DNA of 64,000 nucleotides from Camelus dromedarius (GCF_036321535.1 NC_087436.1:23190001-23254000); one strand, 5' to 3'. Shown: positions 13,016-26,199, numbered from the stretch's first letter. Notes: a model not told the origin generated them from the letters alone. Program-made: numbers and translations.

Positions 13016-16000
13016 TGTTGTCTCCCTGATAATCAGGCTCCTTACTACTTCATATCATGTATCCCCCAGGTGTACTTAACCGCACTTCTAAAATAGGTCA
13101 GGGGGTGGAAGTGTAGCAACGAACAGCATACATTTTGGAGACAGAAGAGTCTGAATTTGATTTCATAGAATGTGAAAACTTCAGTTTCCTCATAAACAAG
13201 AGGACTGTAATTGGCCTGCTTATAGGATTGCTGTGAGAATCCGTGTCTGTAGTTAAGCGTGGCTCCGGGCCCCGGTGAGCACAAGTAAGTCATGGAAAAC
13301 ATTATCATTATCACTATTTAACCTGTTTATAGTTTTCGCTTTAATTGGATGTGGATTTTTAAAATGTAAATCTCCCTTTTGTTTCTAAACTGTTCAAATC
13401 ACCACATTATTTTGGGTTGTATCTCTTGCCCTCTCTAAATATGAGTTTGTCATTTTTCTGGATGTAGAGAGTACAGTGGTGGCCTTGTAAATACTACAGG
13501 GACAGTAAGTGTCACTCCAGTGTGTTGGGTATTACTCTCACCTTTACAGATAAAAGTATTTAAATTTTGGTATTTAAAATCCAAAATTATCATCTCTGTG
13601 AATAAGACTGTGTTTGGATAAGGCCGTAAAAAAGATGATTCCTTCTATTTAAGTAGCTTCAAGTGCTGTTCATTTGAGGACTAGATCACCTTTGGGATCC
13701 AAGCATCCTGTTCTGATATCTGAAAATACTAGGTTAGCTGCTTTTTAATCTCTGGGATGTCTGGTGGATTTGTTTTGCTTAGTTTTGTTTTCTGCTGTCG
13801 TGAGTGGTTATTGTTTTTGCACTTACACACAGATATATACCCACACGTATGCGTGCACACAAGCTCCATCAGTGGGGATTTACCATTTTAGATATTCTCC
13901 AATTCATGTTTTTAAATCAGGCCCGCAGCTCCAGAACCAAACTGTATTACTAATTATGCATCGCAAAGAAATATCCACCGAATATCTGTCAGTGGGGAAC
14001 CTAAGGCTTTGTTCCTAATCCTCAGAGGCCAGATACAATAGAATCAATTTGTGGGTCCACCTTAATGCTGCTTCCTTTTAGTTTCAAGTAGATTTCTTGT
14101 GCTTTAAGGTACATCTCAAACTAGATGAGAGATTAGACTAGGCTGATTTAGTATTTTCCACATCTTAGCGAGGAGTATTTAAACTTTGCCCAGATATATG
14201 CACAGAGCCTGTGGCTGGTATTCTAAAAACAAAACATAACACTGCAAATGATAAAGATTCTCATTTTTCCAAAATTAATTTCTCAATAATCTTAAGCCCA
14301 TGAAGTGTTGATCCAGTTTTGACCATGGTGGAAAACTTTACCTTGGATTTCCTGAAGGAGTCTCATACCCGACACAGCTTTCTTTGTTGTTCTGGCTGAT
14401 TGCACAGTCGGGTCAGCTTGTTTTTCCTGCTGTATCTCTGTAAATGCAGCCTTTCCAGAAAGTTGACTGCCAAGCCCTTCCTTTCTCTTCTGAGTGCCCA
14501 GCATATTTTGCTCAAACTGTTGGGTAAATAGACCTGCCTCTTTTCAGAAGTCATGGCAAAACAGTCTCATGTTATCTCAGTTTGCACAATAGCAAAAGGA
14601 ACGTTCCAAGCTCTTAAATATTGCAGCCCTTGTAATTACTTTCTTGAGAAATGAAAGAGGCATTTATACGGAACATTAAGGATTCCAACATGTTTCTTCT
14701 GGAGTCTTACTGGTTCTTAAAGAGTGGGTTGGCAGAAGTGACAGTTGCTCTCAAACTGTTAGCAGGATATTTGCTCCGTGGACCTGACGTTTGTTCTGGG
14801 ATGAGAAGTGGACACCTGCTCCTAGAGATCATTTTTACTAGATCAGCGTCTTCAGAATGTGTCTGGTCTGCGGGGGAGGGACTCCAGCCCTGCCTTATAG
14901 GTATCCTCATACTTCCAGAGCCTGGAGCCTTGAGTACCATCCTCATTTATTCTTTGTGTATTAAGGAAAGTGTTCAGAGAATATGGTGCATTTGCACAGT
15001 AAATAGAAATGTAAAAGGTACATTTACATCACTCCCCCGACAAGTGTCTCTTGGGTATAGATAGGAATCCATAGTTAATTCCTGAAGCTACCATTGGCTG
15101 TTGGCATATGTGACTTTTTCTTTCCTCAGTGATGGTGATAATGGTACACAAATTTCTTTGTTATCTACAGCCCAGTCTTCTGGAACTTTAGAACCTTAGG
15201 TCTGGATAGAGGCAGAAGAAACCTCAGAAACCTCTTTGGTGGTATACAAGCAGGCCTCAGGCACCAAGCGGTCTGAAAGAGCTGGAGAACTAAAGATACT
15301 GAGATTTGCCATCTCGCACCTTTCCTGTGCATGGGAGCTGTGAGTGGCTGGAGATAACTCCAGAGAGCCAGCCTTTTCACGTGACACTGACAAGCCTGGG
15401 AGAAGCAACAGGAGATGCAGGACAGCAGAGAAGCAGCTCAAGCAGCAGGAGTTGGGGTGGGGGCAGAGGGGGTAATCGCAGACAGGAACTTGGGGATTTA
15501 CATCCTGGGCAGCAAGAAGTAGAGAAAAGAGCTGGCAGTGAGCATGGTGGCAGGTGCTGGCAGGTGGAGATTGTGGACATGATGGACAGCAGGACAGGGT
15601 GATGAGCAGGAGGTCCTGGGGCAGCAGAGAAGCCAACAGGTGGGGAAACAATGTGGCGAGTAAACTGAAATTCAATACAGGAGTGCTCCAGATGGCTACT
15701 TGATGACAGGGATCCACCCCGTAGACTTTCATGGTATGCCCATGAAAATCAGAGGTCTGAGTGAATGTTTGTTGAATGAGTGCATGTGCACACACACCAT
15801 TTCCACAATGGCTGTGTGGCGGGATGGGAGGATGTACCCGTATGAATATGCACATAGAGAAAACTGAAGGTAGCACCTGCAAAGGTGGAGGCACACCTGG
15901 TCTGCCCTGGGGCTTGTTATCCTGGACTTTTTTGTCCAAGATGACCGAGGAACGGTGAGGTTGAAGTGAGGTTGGATTCCAAGACCGGAGTAACAGGGAC

Positions 16001-18084
16001 TCTAAGGTCAAGTACCTGGTGTGACCACCTGGAAAAGGGCAGTGCATGGAGGAACACCAGTCAGCAGCCAGACTGCCCAGCTGAGCTAAGAGACGTGTGC
16101 AGACCGGCCTGTGGAAGGCACATCTGGGATCAGTGCAGGCAGGGCTGGAGGAGAGGCAGAATCAGGCTGGGAACTGTGCCCGGCGGGTCTGCAGAATCTC
16201 TGCCATCCTGCGGGTCCCTGGAGTGCCTCCATCCTCAGGTGCGAACCTCTCACAGGGCCAGCAGGCACAGATGGGACAGTGGGGTGCAGGGCATGTGGCC
16301 GGCATTCACGCTGGACTGAGCTCTATCTGTAACGCACAGCCAGTCACAGCTGGGGATGGGGGGTGACCTGTTTACAGACAAGGAAGGGCGCAGTATGTTT
16401 TAGAAAATTTTCCAATGCCAACTTAAAATTTTTATGCCTAAAATATTTGAACACTCCTGGCAAACTCCAGAGTGACTCATTTCCTAAATATTCCAAATGG
16501 TCATTGTACTTTGCATCTGAAAAGTGGTTTCTATTTTCGAGAGTGTATCTGTAGACATTATTCCTTGTGATTTTTACTACATTGCTCTGAGATGAGTCAG
16601 GGTTTTGTTTTGTTCTTTTGTCTCCATTTTACACGTAAAGAGTTTGAGACAGAGAGAGATGAGGCAAACTGTCTAAAGGCACCCACCGGGCTGGTGGCAG
16701 GGACGGAGGGGGACCCAGGTATCCTGAGTTCTAGCTCTTGCCGTGACAGCACAGTAGAGTCATGGCTTTCACACACGATTGACTGCAGCCCAAGATGAGT
16801 GAGCTGCAGAAGCTGCAGGAAGAACTCCAGACAGTCTCCTCTTACTTGTTCTTGCAGGGCTGCCTCTCCACTCGGAAATTTGCTCTTCGTCCTCTGCATA
16901 AGCATAAAGTCAAAGAAAATGAACGTTGAGTTTGGTTTTGTTCTTCCTTTCCTCGAACAGTGGATCTGAAACTCCTCAAGCCTGCCTCTCCTTTTCTAAG
17001 AAATTTTAGTTCTGTTCCTCACAGTTCTGAGTACAATTCTGGATACATTTGTATCTCCTACCTTTCCTGGCCAGGAATCAGAGTGAGATGCTGAGAGACC
17101 TTGAATTACTGGTGGCAGAGAAGAGAGAAGCTATTTTTAAGAAATCAATAAAAAAGATAACTTGGAAATCTAAGGAGGAGCATGAAGGGGTGAATCAAGG
17201 GAATCACAGAATCACTCTTTAATTCTGGAATGAGTGGTGCCCACAGTTTACATCTGTGAGATATATGTATGATTTCTGACAAAGTGTTCTTCTGCAAGAT
17301 CATTAACCTTCCCAGGGCAAGAAAAGAAAAGAGGAAAGGAATTTATTCCAGTGCCTTGACAACCACATCGTGAGAGCATCCCTATTATGCCCTGCAGTTG
17401 TGAGCAGAAGCAGGGTTCCGGGTTACATATGCTGCAAGGCTAAGGTTGCTTAAATCTAGAGGTTGCCAGGAGAGGTGACTATGCTTCTTGTATCTGACTG
17501 AAGTGTAGTGGCTGGGATGGAGGCTGTGAGGATGACCTCATCCCGTTGCGTTTCAGGGCAGCTGTGCTGGTGAGAGCCGGGCTGCTCTTCCCTCGCTGTA
17601 GTCCATTTTCACATCTCATTCATAATTGAAGGGAGTGAGGATAATTTTTTGCCCATTATAGGAGGTGGTTACATCAGCTCTCCAGGGGCATACCAAAGCT
17701 CTGTATTGTTGCAACTTAACAACTGTAACCTAGTCTCCAACAAGATCTACATGCCAGTCCTAGGAGGGAGAAAAGAGGATAGGGCTAAACTCCCAATCCA
17801 GAAAAGCGAACGGGAGAAACATTGCTGCCTTCTACTCTGGAAGATTGTCCTGAAAACTTTCTGGACTTACCTGATCAGATGTGACCATAACACAATACTT
17901 ACTCTCATGTTTCCACATCCTTGAGCATTTCTGTGTGTCTCCCATGGAGAAGAGAAAGCATTTAAAGGCAGAGCTGGTGGGAACAGTAGTTCTCTTTAAA
18001 GGCACTGCATATGGATGAAGTTAACCATGATTTTTAAAGTGTCTTTTAAATTCTGACTTTTGTTATCATTTTACATTCGAATAG

Positions 18085-18203
18085 GTGGTTCCAGAAAAGA
18101 AATCACCGAACACTGGGAATGGCTCGAGCAAAATCTGCTGCAGACACTCTCCATCTTTGAAAATGAGAATGATATCAACACATTTGTGAGAGGAAAAATA
18201 CAG
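18085..18203 (+). CDS. TBC1D9: TBC1D9 exon 3 (119 nt): (G)GSRKEITEHWEWLEQNLLQTLSIFENENDINTFVRGKIQ
   Basis: Acceptor aatag|GT and donor CAG|gtagtg; frame continues from exon 2. Confidence 0.94.
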
Positions 18204-18210
18204 GTAGTGG

Positions 18211-18307
18211 TTTATTTTATTATATTATTATTTTTTTTATTGATGTCTGATTGACTATAGCACTAGTTAGTTCTAGGTGTACAACTTAGTGATTTGCTCT
18301 TTCTAGA
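18211..18307 (-). mobile_element. Short 5'-truncated L1 3' end at the start of intron 3
   Basis: A T-rich tail plus ttgactatagcactagttagttctaggtgtacaacttagtgattt, flanked by gtagtgg on both sides. Confidence 0.7.
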
Positions 18308-18319
18308 GTAGTGGAGTTT

Positions 18320-19900
18320 TTTTTTTTTTTTTAACCTTCCACTGGGAATAACTCCAAACTTACAGAAAATTTGCAAAAATAAGAATTGTATAAAACACAC
18401 CTGTAGACCCTTTACCCATATTCCCTGTTGTTAGCAATTTACCCCATTTACTTTATCATTTGTGTGCTCAGTTACTCTATTTTATAGGAAATTCCCCCTA
18501 AATACTTCAGTGTATATTTTGAAGAATTAGGACTATTCTATTAAATAACAACACTATCACCAGCGGTAAATTTAATACTAATACTGTAATAGTTGGCGCA
18601 TTTTCTGATTTTGTTAATTGACCCAATAATGTCATTTATAACATTTTTTTTTTCCACTCCAGTGCAAGAGCCAGTCTAGGAAGCTATTGGATTAGTTTTC
18701 ATCTCTTTTGTCTCCTTCGATCTGGATCATTTCAATAGTCTATCTTTTATGACATTGATACTTCTCAGTGTATAGTTCTGTTTTTTTTAATGGGACAGTT
18801 TTCCTTTGGGACTTTATTAGATGTCTCTGGAAGATTTGCTTCAGATTATGCATTCTTGGATGGGACATCATAAGCGATCTTGTGTCCTTTTCAGAGTATC
18901 GTTTCTGGAGGCACCTGACACCCATCTGCCACCCACTGGTGATAAAAACCCAGCAAGGTGCTAGCCAGTTTCTCCACTGTAGAGTTACTAATTTCACTTT
19001 TGCAATTTTCTGTAGGAAGACACTTTAAGGCTACCCAAATATCCTGCTCTTCATCAAAATCTCCCCCTTGATTTAGCATCCATCAGTGATTTTTTGGTGG
19101 AGCCAGTCTTTGCTCTTACGGTTTACAGTATGATGACTCTCCAATTCCACTACCACTGAGCTATATCCCTCCCCCTCTTCATTCTTTTTTAAGCTGCATA
19201 CTATGTGTGTGAACCATAGATAATCCAGCTACTCTTCTATTCTGTGACATTTATGTAGTTTCCAATATTTTGCAATTATAAATGATGTTCCATATGTACG
19301 TTTTCATGCATATGCACTTGTGTATGGTTGGGGCTGTATCTTTAAGATACACTGGTAGAAATGGGGTTGCCAGGTCAAAGGGTAAATGCATGTATGGTTT
19401 GGCTGAATACTGCCAGTTTCGCCTCCCCATTTTACATTCCCACGAGCATGTATGGGAGTGCCTGTTTGCCCACAGCCTCGCCAACAAGGTAGATTATCAA
19501 GCTTTCGAGTTTTTACCAGTCTGAAGGGGAGAGATATTTTAGTACTGTTTCCATTTGTATCATCTTATTTATGACTGAAGTTGAACATCTTTTCATGTGT
19601 TTAAGGGCCATTTTTACACCCTGTCTGTAGACTGTTCATGTCTTTTGCCTCTTGTTCTGTGAGACTTTTGGTCTTATTTTTCCTTAATTTTTAAAAGCTC
19701 TTTTTAATAAAAAGGCCATTAGCCCTTTATCAGTTATATGTGTTTGTTGTTTTTCTTTTGACTTTGCTCACAATAGTTTTCACCAAACTTAAAATTTTTT
19801 ATTTAGTCAAAATCAGCCAGTTCTTTCTGTTACAGCACCTGGTTTTTTCAGTCATAGTTAGAAGCCCTTCTTTACACCCGGGTTAAGGAGGAATTCTAGG
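18320..19900 (-). mobile_element. Old L1 fragments (L1MC/L1ME-type)
   Basis: aacttacagaaaatttgcaaaaataag and ttttacattcccacgagcatgtatgggagtgcctgtttgcccacagcctcgccaac, both reverse-strand L1 motifs. Confidence 0.65.
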
Positions 19901-20000
19901 AAGTGACCTGACAGCGTTTCTCATTAAAATTCCAGAGTGGCCAGTTTGTATTTTATTTCTTCTTCTTTGCTGAACTTCTACATGTATATGTAGTGATTTT

Positions 20001-20062
20001 GACGTGCTTGTGGAGGGAGGCGAGCTCCAGGTCCTCCTCCTCCACCAGCTTGAGCTGCCCTC
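20001..20062 (-). mobile_element. L1 5'-terminal fragment with TSDs
   Basis: Reverse complement gagggcagctcaagctggtggaggaggaggacctggagctcgcctccctccacaagcacgtc resembles the L1 5' start. TSDs at 19986-20000 and 20063-20077 match at 13/15. Confidence 0.7.
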
Positions 20063-21474
20063 ACATGTAGTAATTTTATGATTGAAAAGAAGAAAAGTAT
20101 AAATGGATTTTCACTGCTCTTTGGATTCTGATGTTTTTGAAGGGGAATTTTAACTGGACCACATAGAATTAGTGAGGACCGAGGAGTACCACAGCAGGTG
20201 CAATGATACAGCCCCTTCCTTTATTCAACCCCTTACCTTTCAAAATGAGCAGTCTATCAATGCTTTAAAATTGGCGATTTAAGCTTCTGCTCCAACCTTA
20301 CTAAAGAGATGATTAGAAGAGTAGTGAAGAAGATAAAAAAAATTGAGAGAGGGGAAAACCTTGGAAAGGATCAGTCAAGCTAGGAAAAATGGCAGCTTCT
20401 GAGTAAAAAAATTATTCTTAACTAAATTAAAGAAGTATGCTTAATGACAGACAGCTGTTTGGCAAATAGTTTACTGACCCACCAGACTGAATTCTGATCC
20501 TGCTGGAAAAAGAATCTATCTTTATTCTTCTGGCTTTTTACTGGTAGTAAAGAAAAGAATAACATGTTTTCCTTGTTTAACTGGTAGTTGAATATAGAAC
20601 TTAGGTATAATAGATGACTTTTTTCTTTTTGGAACGTTTTGTATTTGAAAGTTAATAAAAAAACATGCAAAAAAATTCTTGAATCATTGAGAGTTTTATT
20701 GATAAAATTAATCAGATTTGCTAACATCTTCCTGTGGTTTCTAAGTTCTGTATCTAAATTTCTGGGAAGTAGATGAATTTCTGGATTTCTGTAGATGAGG
20801 AGAGTCTGAGGAGGGGCTGGGCGAAAGGGGGCGGTGACTGGTGGGGGAACAGACGCAAAGCATCTTCTCTGTCCCGGAGCTACTACTGAGGTTCTCAGTT
20901 ACCTTTTCATAGTCCTCCCTCAAATGTTGTCTTCTTTGGGAAATAGGTACAAATAAAGAGCTATAGGAAGACACTGAAGCTTCAAAGTGACAGTAGTTAG
21001 GAGAAATAAATAATAAAGCAAGGACAAATTATATCAAATAGCCATTCTTCTCACCATTTCCATTACACCAGAAGTGTCAGATTTAATTCCCCTGAAACCA
21101 ATTATGAGGGAGGAATTGCTACTAATGCAGTTATGTGTGAAAGAACATCATTCATGTGCAAATGAATGGTTTAAACATGCACAGGTTGTCCAGTAATGAA
21201 GGGAACCAGCCTATTTGTTTGTGTTGAGATCTAATTAACTTTTATAAATTATAAATGAAATAATTAACTACAGAGGTGACCAGAATCCAAATACCATCAA
21301 TAAATTTTGTTTGTTTCTTCCTAGATTTCTAATATGCATATTTATCATGACGGTAGTCTTGCTGTACATATAACTTTCTAGCATATCTTTTTTCTCTGGT
21401 ATCTACTGTGTTGTTATATAACTTTTAGTTGTTACTGTAGTAACTGAATATTATCCCACAATTGACCTTACCAA

Positions 21475-22530
21475 TAAGTTGAGTGGCCATTGGGATTGTC
21501 TAGGGACCCAACTGCTACTTCATATTAGTGGTTTTTTATTCAGTTCTTTTCATCTATTCATTCATGTTGGTTAATGGATTAAATAAGTTTAAGCACTTTT
21601 CGTGGACCTTAGTAGATATTGTCAGTCCATTAGAATCCTTGTGCAGTTTTCCCATTGCTTACTTTCAGCATTTCACTTGTTTAAATGGTTTTTCAAATTT
21701 AATAAGTAAAAAGACTGTGTCTTATTGCTTTAATTTTCTCTTTGATTATAATGTTGAACTTCTTTTTTCATGTCTCCTAAGTTAATTTTCCCCCTTTTGT
21801 GAATTACCTGTCAATGTCGTTTGGGTATTTAAATTTCTATTGGACAGCCTGAATATTTGGATTGTAGTAATTTCCCAAAGTTACGCGGAGCTGTTGCCTA
21901 GAACCGGGGTGACCTGTTTTATATTATGCAGAACCTTTAGAACATACAGGAAGGAGATAATTCCATCCCTTCGTTCCATCATCCGGTCCACCTGGCTAAA
22001 AGACTATGGTAAACTAAAAAGAGGTTCTGCATTCGGGACTCTCTCTTTTCCTGAAGGTGGAGACGCTGGGAGGGGAAATTTGGGGACTGTTATCCTTGCC
22101 ATTGAAACCAGTTGGTAAGGCCTGGCCTGTTGATGTTAGTGTATTGGGCCCCAGAGTGTTTCAGAGTGATGTTTCTCACTTCTGTGTCTTCATTAATCTT
22201 CTCGTATTTAAAAACATTTTCTCTTTAAAAATTTCAATGAGCATTCTAGAGATTGTGGTACTTGTTCTTTAGAGAGCATAGTGTGAACCTAGTGTTTTCC
22301 CACTCAAGACATCTGGGCATGATTCCGTTTGTTACACGTCTCTCCCTTCTAATATTCTCCTTATTGTGACTTCAGGTAAGAGCCCAGCACAGTAGTCCGG
22401 GAGAAGAGCAGGCTGGCCTTGAGGGTCTCCAGGTTACTCTAAGTTGAGTGGCCATTGGGATTGTCTAGGGACCCAACTGCTACTTCATATTAGTGGTTTT
22501 TTATTCAGTTCTTTTCATCTATTCATTCAT
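21475..22530 (+). repeat. Perfect 91-bp dispersed direct repeat (21475-21565 and 22440-22530)
   Basis: taagttgagtggccattgggattgtc...catctattcattcat is identical in both copies. Confidence 0.95.
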
Positions 22531-25173
22531 TTATTTCTTCATTCATCCTTACATATTTTTTGATGGCCCTCTGAAGGCACTGATAACTTTGAAATGTCGC
22601 ATAGGCTGTAGGTGTATTTGCCAACGGGGAAAGGTTTTTCCATCCCTCCTCTCTCTGAACTGACTTCTTCTCCTCCCCCACTCAGAGGTCCAGTGGCCTC
22701 ATGCTGCCTCCTGGCTGTCTACAGTTCCCTGCGCTACCAGAGCCTGCGCACCCCCAAAGCAGCCCAGCTCTAAAACGCGTCTCCCCTGGCCTCCACCAAA
22801 GTGGACATCTCTGTTCTCTCACGCGGTAGTATCAAAACTGACTAGAAAAAATAACCTTATCGCAGATGCTCTCAGGGAAGTGCATTGCCTCTTCCAGTGC
22901 CAGCCATTCAGCCCTCCCGAATGACAAAGGAACAGCAGTCGACAACTTGGTGCTTAATTTCCCAAGGATTGCAAGCTCTTAAACAATTTTAGATTTAGAT
23001 ATCCATGACTCTGGAGAACAAAATAAAGACTAAGATATGGCCCCTTAAGAATGCATGCTAATTTGGAAAGACAACATACACTCTTTTAATAATCTTTTTA
23101 TTAAATTTTAGGTGCTAGATATGGTGATTAAAAAATACTTGAGACATTATATTTGTCTTTGAAATGCATATTTAGTGGTAGAGGGACATATAAACAAAAT
23201 ACTTTCACCCGACGTATAAATTAAGAGAACATAGAGACGAGAATGCTAGTTCTTATTTAGTCCTGGGTTAGTTTCACAGCGAGTGTGATAGTTACACTGA
23301 ACCTGGAAAGGTTGATGTGGGCAGATTGAGGAGAGGTTTTATGGCATAAGATGCAGATTGGACTTTTTCCTTCTTTCACTGATAGCGTACAGACATTTTT
23401 AAGGTGGAAATGGTACAGTGAAAATCTCTGTTTCAGAAAGTAGTCGTATAAAATATGTATTAGAGTGTGGAGAGACTCGTGAGGAGGTGCCGATTGGGAA
23501 GCCATTGCTGTAATTCCTGGACTGTGTAAAGGGGCCAAGAGGTGGTTTCTCAATAGAAAATAGGTTGGAGACTTACGTTGGGGTTGTGTTTGCTGTTATG
23601 GTATTGTTTACAAGTTTGCTTTTTTACTAGAATTGAACAGTGATGGAGATGGCAGAAGTCTAAAGCCCTCACTCTCCTCCCTCCCACCATCACTTCTGAT
23701 TACCACAACTGCCGGCGACTGGAGTGGAAAGCCTGGCAGTGAAAATAAAATTCAGGACATAATTTCAGTACATCAGGCCGAGAGAATCAACAGTACTTAA
23801 GATGAGGAAGGACAGTCATAGTTGGGAAAAGACTCGTAAGGAGGTGGGCGTTGGACCAGACACTGAGGTTAGGCGGGATTAGTGAAACAGACAACAGTTT
23901 GCTGCTAGTTTTTAGGCACACAGAATGGCAGGGCCCCAGGCAAGAAGGTGGCACGCAGATGACACATTCTGGCCCCGAGCGTGCCTCAGGCTGGCTGGGG
24001 CAGAGTAACTAACAGGGAATCTTGTCGAGTGTAGCACCATGAGAGAAAAGGTTGCAGTGCTGGTTGGATCAAAAGTGTGTCTGGTCTTCAATTTTGGACG
24101 TTATATGGTGGTAGTAGGGAAACACTCAGAATTTGATTAACAAGAATTTTCCATTTTAGGAAGATAAAATATAGAGAGCATCCAGGATATCCTGGAAGCC
24201 TGAGAGCCAGGAATTGTAGGTATGAGACAATTGCAATTTTCTGTCCTTGAAATACAGAGGACTCAGTCATGTCAAGGGGAACCCGGGAAGTTGCCCAGAT
24301 TCACACAGAGCTGCAGTGACACTGTCAGGGTCCAAACCCAAGACTTCCATGCTCAAAAGTTCATGCTTTTCTCGTGCCACCTTGAGATCAGAGGAAATGA
24401 AGATGAGGTGAGAAGGATTTGGTGATTACAAAGTCAAAGGTGGAATTCCACTGAGCATTTTCTATCCAGAGACATACACAGAAGCCAGTTTCCAGGGAGC
24501 TCTGGAGGAACTGGGTAACAATGAAATGGCCTCTCAAGCTTCTATAATGATTAAACAGATTAAGCCAGTCACTTGCTATGCATATATTTTGTTTCCTGTG
24601 CAACTGATCAAAAATCATGTATCTAATATAAGTTTTTGCTCTCACATTCACTCCTTTTCTGCTCAAATGATTGCTTGTTCCTTTTTGTTAGGTTCCCTGG
24701 TGTTATTCACAGCCCTGAGACAGTGAGTCTGTGGCCAGAATCAGTTAGTGACAGGTGTTTCGGTCTTTCCTCCCTTCCAATTCACGATGAAATTTCATTG
24801 GTTTTTTTTTTTGTTTTTTTTTTTTTGAGAAAGATGGAAGTTGACCTTTGGGATGACTCTATCATGATAAGCTAGGAAAAGCAGTAGAACTAACAAAATC
24901 CTTCCATGTCCTCATTGGTCAAATAAAACTATGGGCTTCATTCTATGTGAACTTATCAAAATGATTAGTACCAGTAAACAGATGATAAGATCTCTGTTGC
25001 TCTTGTTCACTGGCTTAGAATTTGGGAGTTGGCTTTGAAAATACTCTGTTTTTTAAAAACTCTAGCCTTTGAAGTTTGTCTGCCTCCACCCCTTTCCAAT
25101 ATGTACAGCATACGGAAAAATGTAGCTCTAGTCATATTAATACCAGTTGTGTGTTTTGTGCTTTACCCCTTAG

Positions 25174-25402
25174 GGCATCATTGCAGAGTATAACAAAATC
25201 AATGATGTGAAGGAGGATGATGACACAGAGAAGTTCAAGGAAGCCATTGTGAAATTCCACAGGCTGTTTGGAATGCCGGAGGAAGAGAAGCTCGTCAACT
25301 ACTACTCTTGCAGCTACTGGAAGGGGAAGGTCCCCCGTCAGGGTTGGATGTACCTCAGTATTAATCACCTTTGCTTTTATTCTTTTCTCATGGGTAGGGA
25401 AG
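25174..25402 (+). CDS. TBC1D9: TBC1D9 exon 4 (229 nt): [16 protein letters not shown]...[10 protein letters not shown]; start of GRAM 1
   Basis: Acceptor ccccttag|GGC and donor G|gtaagt; ORF 25207..25485. Confidence 0.95.
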
Positions 25403-25816
25403 GTAAGTTCTCTAGGATCTTGGAGGGAAGCTTTGCAAAGTCTGTTGAGGTTTGCCACATCCAAACATCAACAATTTATCTGTAGTTGTAACTGAGCCAA
25501 CACTATTTTGTAACGATTTTAACAATTGAATTCGATTATTTTTGATCCCACAGTTGTAAAGAAATTGATTACTAAGTAATAAAGAGTCACCAAAGGTATA
25601 ATCCGTTTAGCAGACATGGACTTAAATCCACAATAATCATGGCTCAGAATTTTTGTGGTCCAGATTTGTCTCTTAAAACTAACAGAATAATGATAAATAC
25701 TGGCACAGAAACTCACAGGAGTTCAGTGAGATTGGGGCGTGGGGTTGTGAAATTACAGTATCTTGAAAGGATTTTAAGCAGCTGCATGTTGACCCAGCCT
25801 TGTTTCCTACACTCAG

Positions 25817-26078
25817 CCAAGCTGGTAATCCGGTGGGTGGACATCACTCAGCTGGAGAAAAACGCCACGCTGCTTCTGCCTGATGTGATCAAAGTGAGCA
25901 CAAGGTCCAGCGAGCATTTCTTCTCCGTATTTCTCAACATCAATGAGACCTTCAAGCTAATGGAGCAGCTCGCCAACATTGCCATGAGGCAGCTCTTAGA
26001 CAATGAGGGGTTTGAACAAGACCGATCCCTGCCCAAACTGAAAAAGAAGTCTCCTAAAAAAGTGTCTGCTCTAAAACG
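25817..26078 (+). CDS. TBC1D9: TBC1D9 exon 5 (262 nt): (A)KLVIRWVDITQLEK...KKVSALK(R)
   Basis: Acceptor actcag|CC and donor CG|gtgagt; ORF 25639..26082. Confidence 0.95.
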
Positions 26079-26199
26079 GTGAGTGACAGAGACTCTGAGC
26101 CTTCCAGACTTTAGACAAGAAGCCCATCCATTCATTTATGAAATTTAACCTTCTCTGAACAACTTCAAGGGTTTCACAACACTTTGCTGGGTGTGGATA

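Noticed and set aside
15196..16047. 283-aa minus-strand ORF, the longest in the track
   Set aside because: Its low-complexity Leu/Pro/Ser/Cys composition comes from a purine-rich + strand with L2-like remnants. I see no recognisable domain or splice structure, so it is probably a chance ORF.
21475..22530. The 91-bp direct repeats as LTRs or a CRISPR-like array
   Set aside because: There are only two copies, no TG...CA termini, no TSD or primer-binding site, and the context is a eukaryotic intron.
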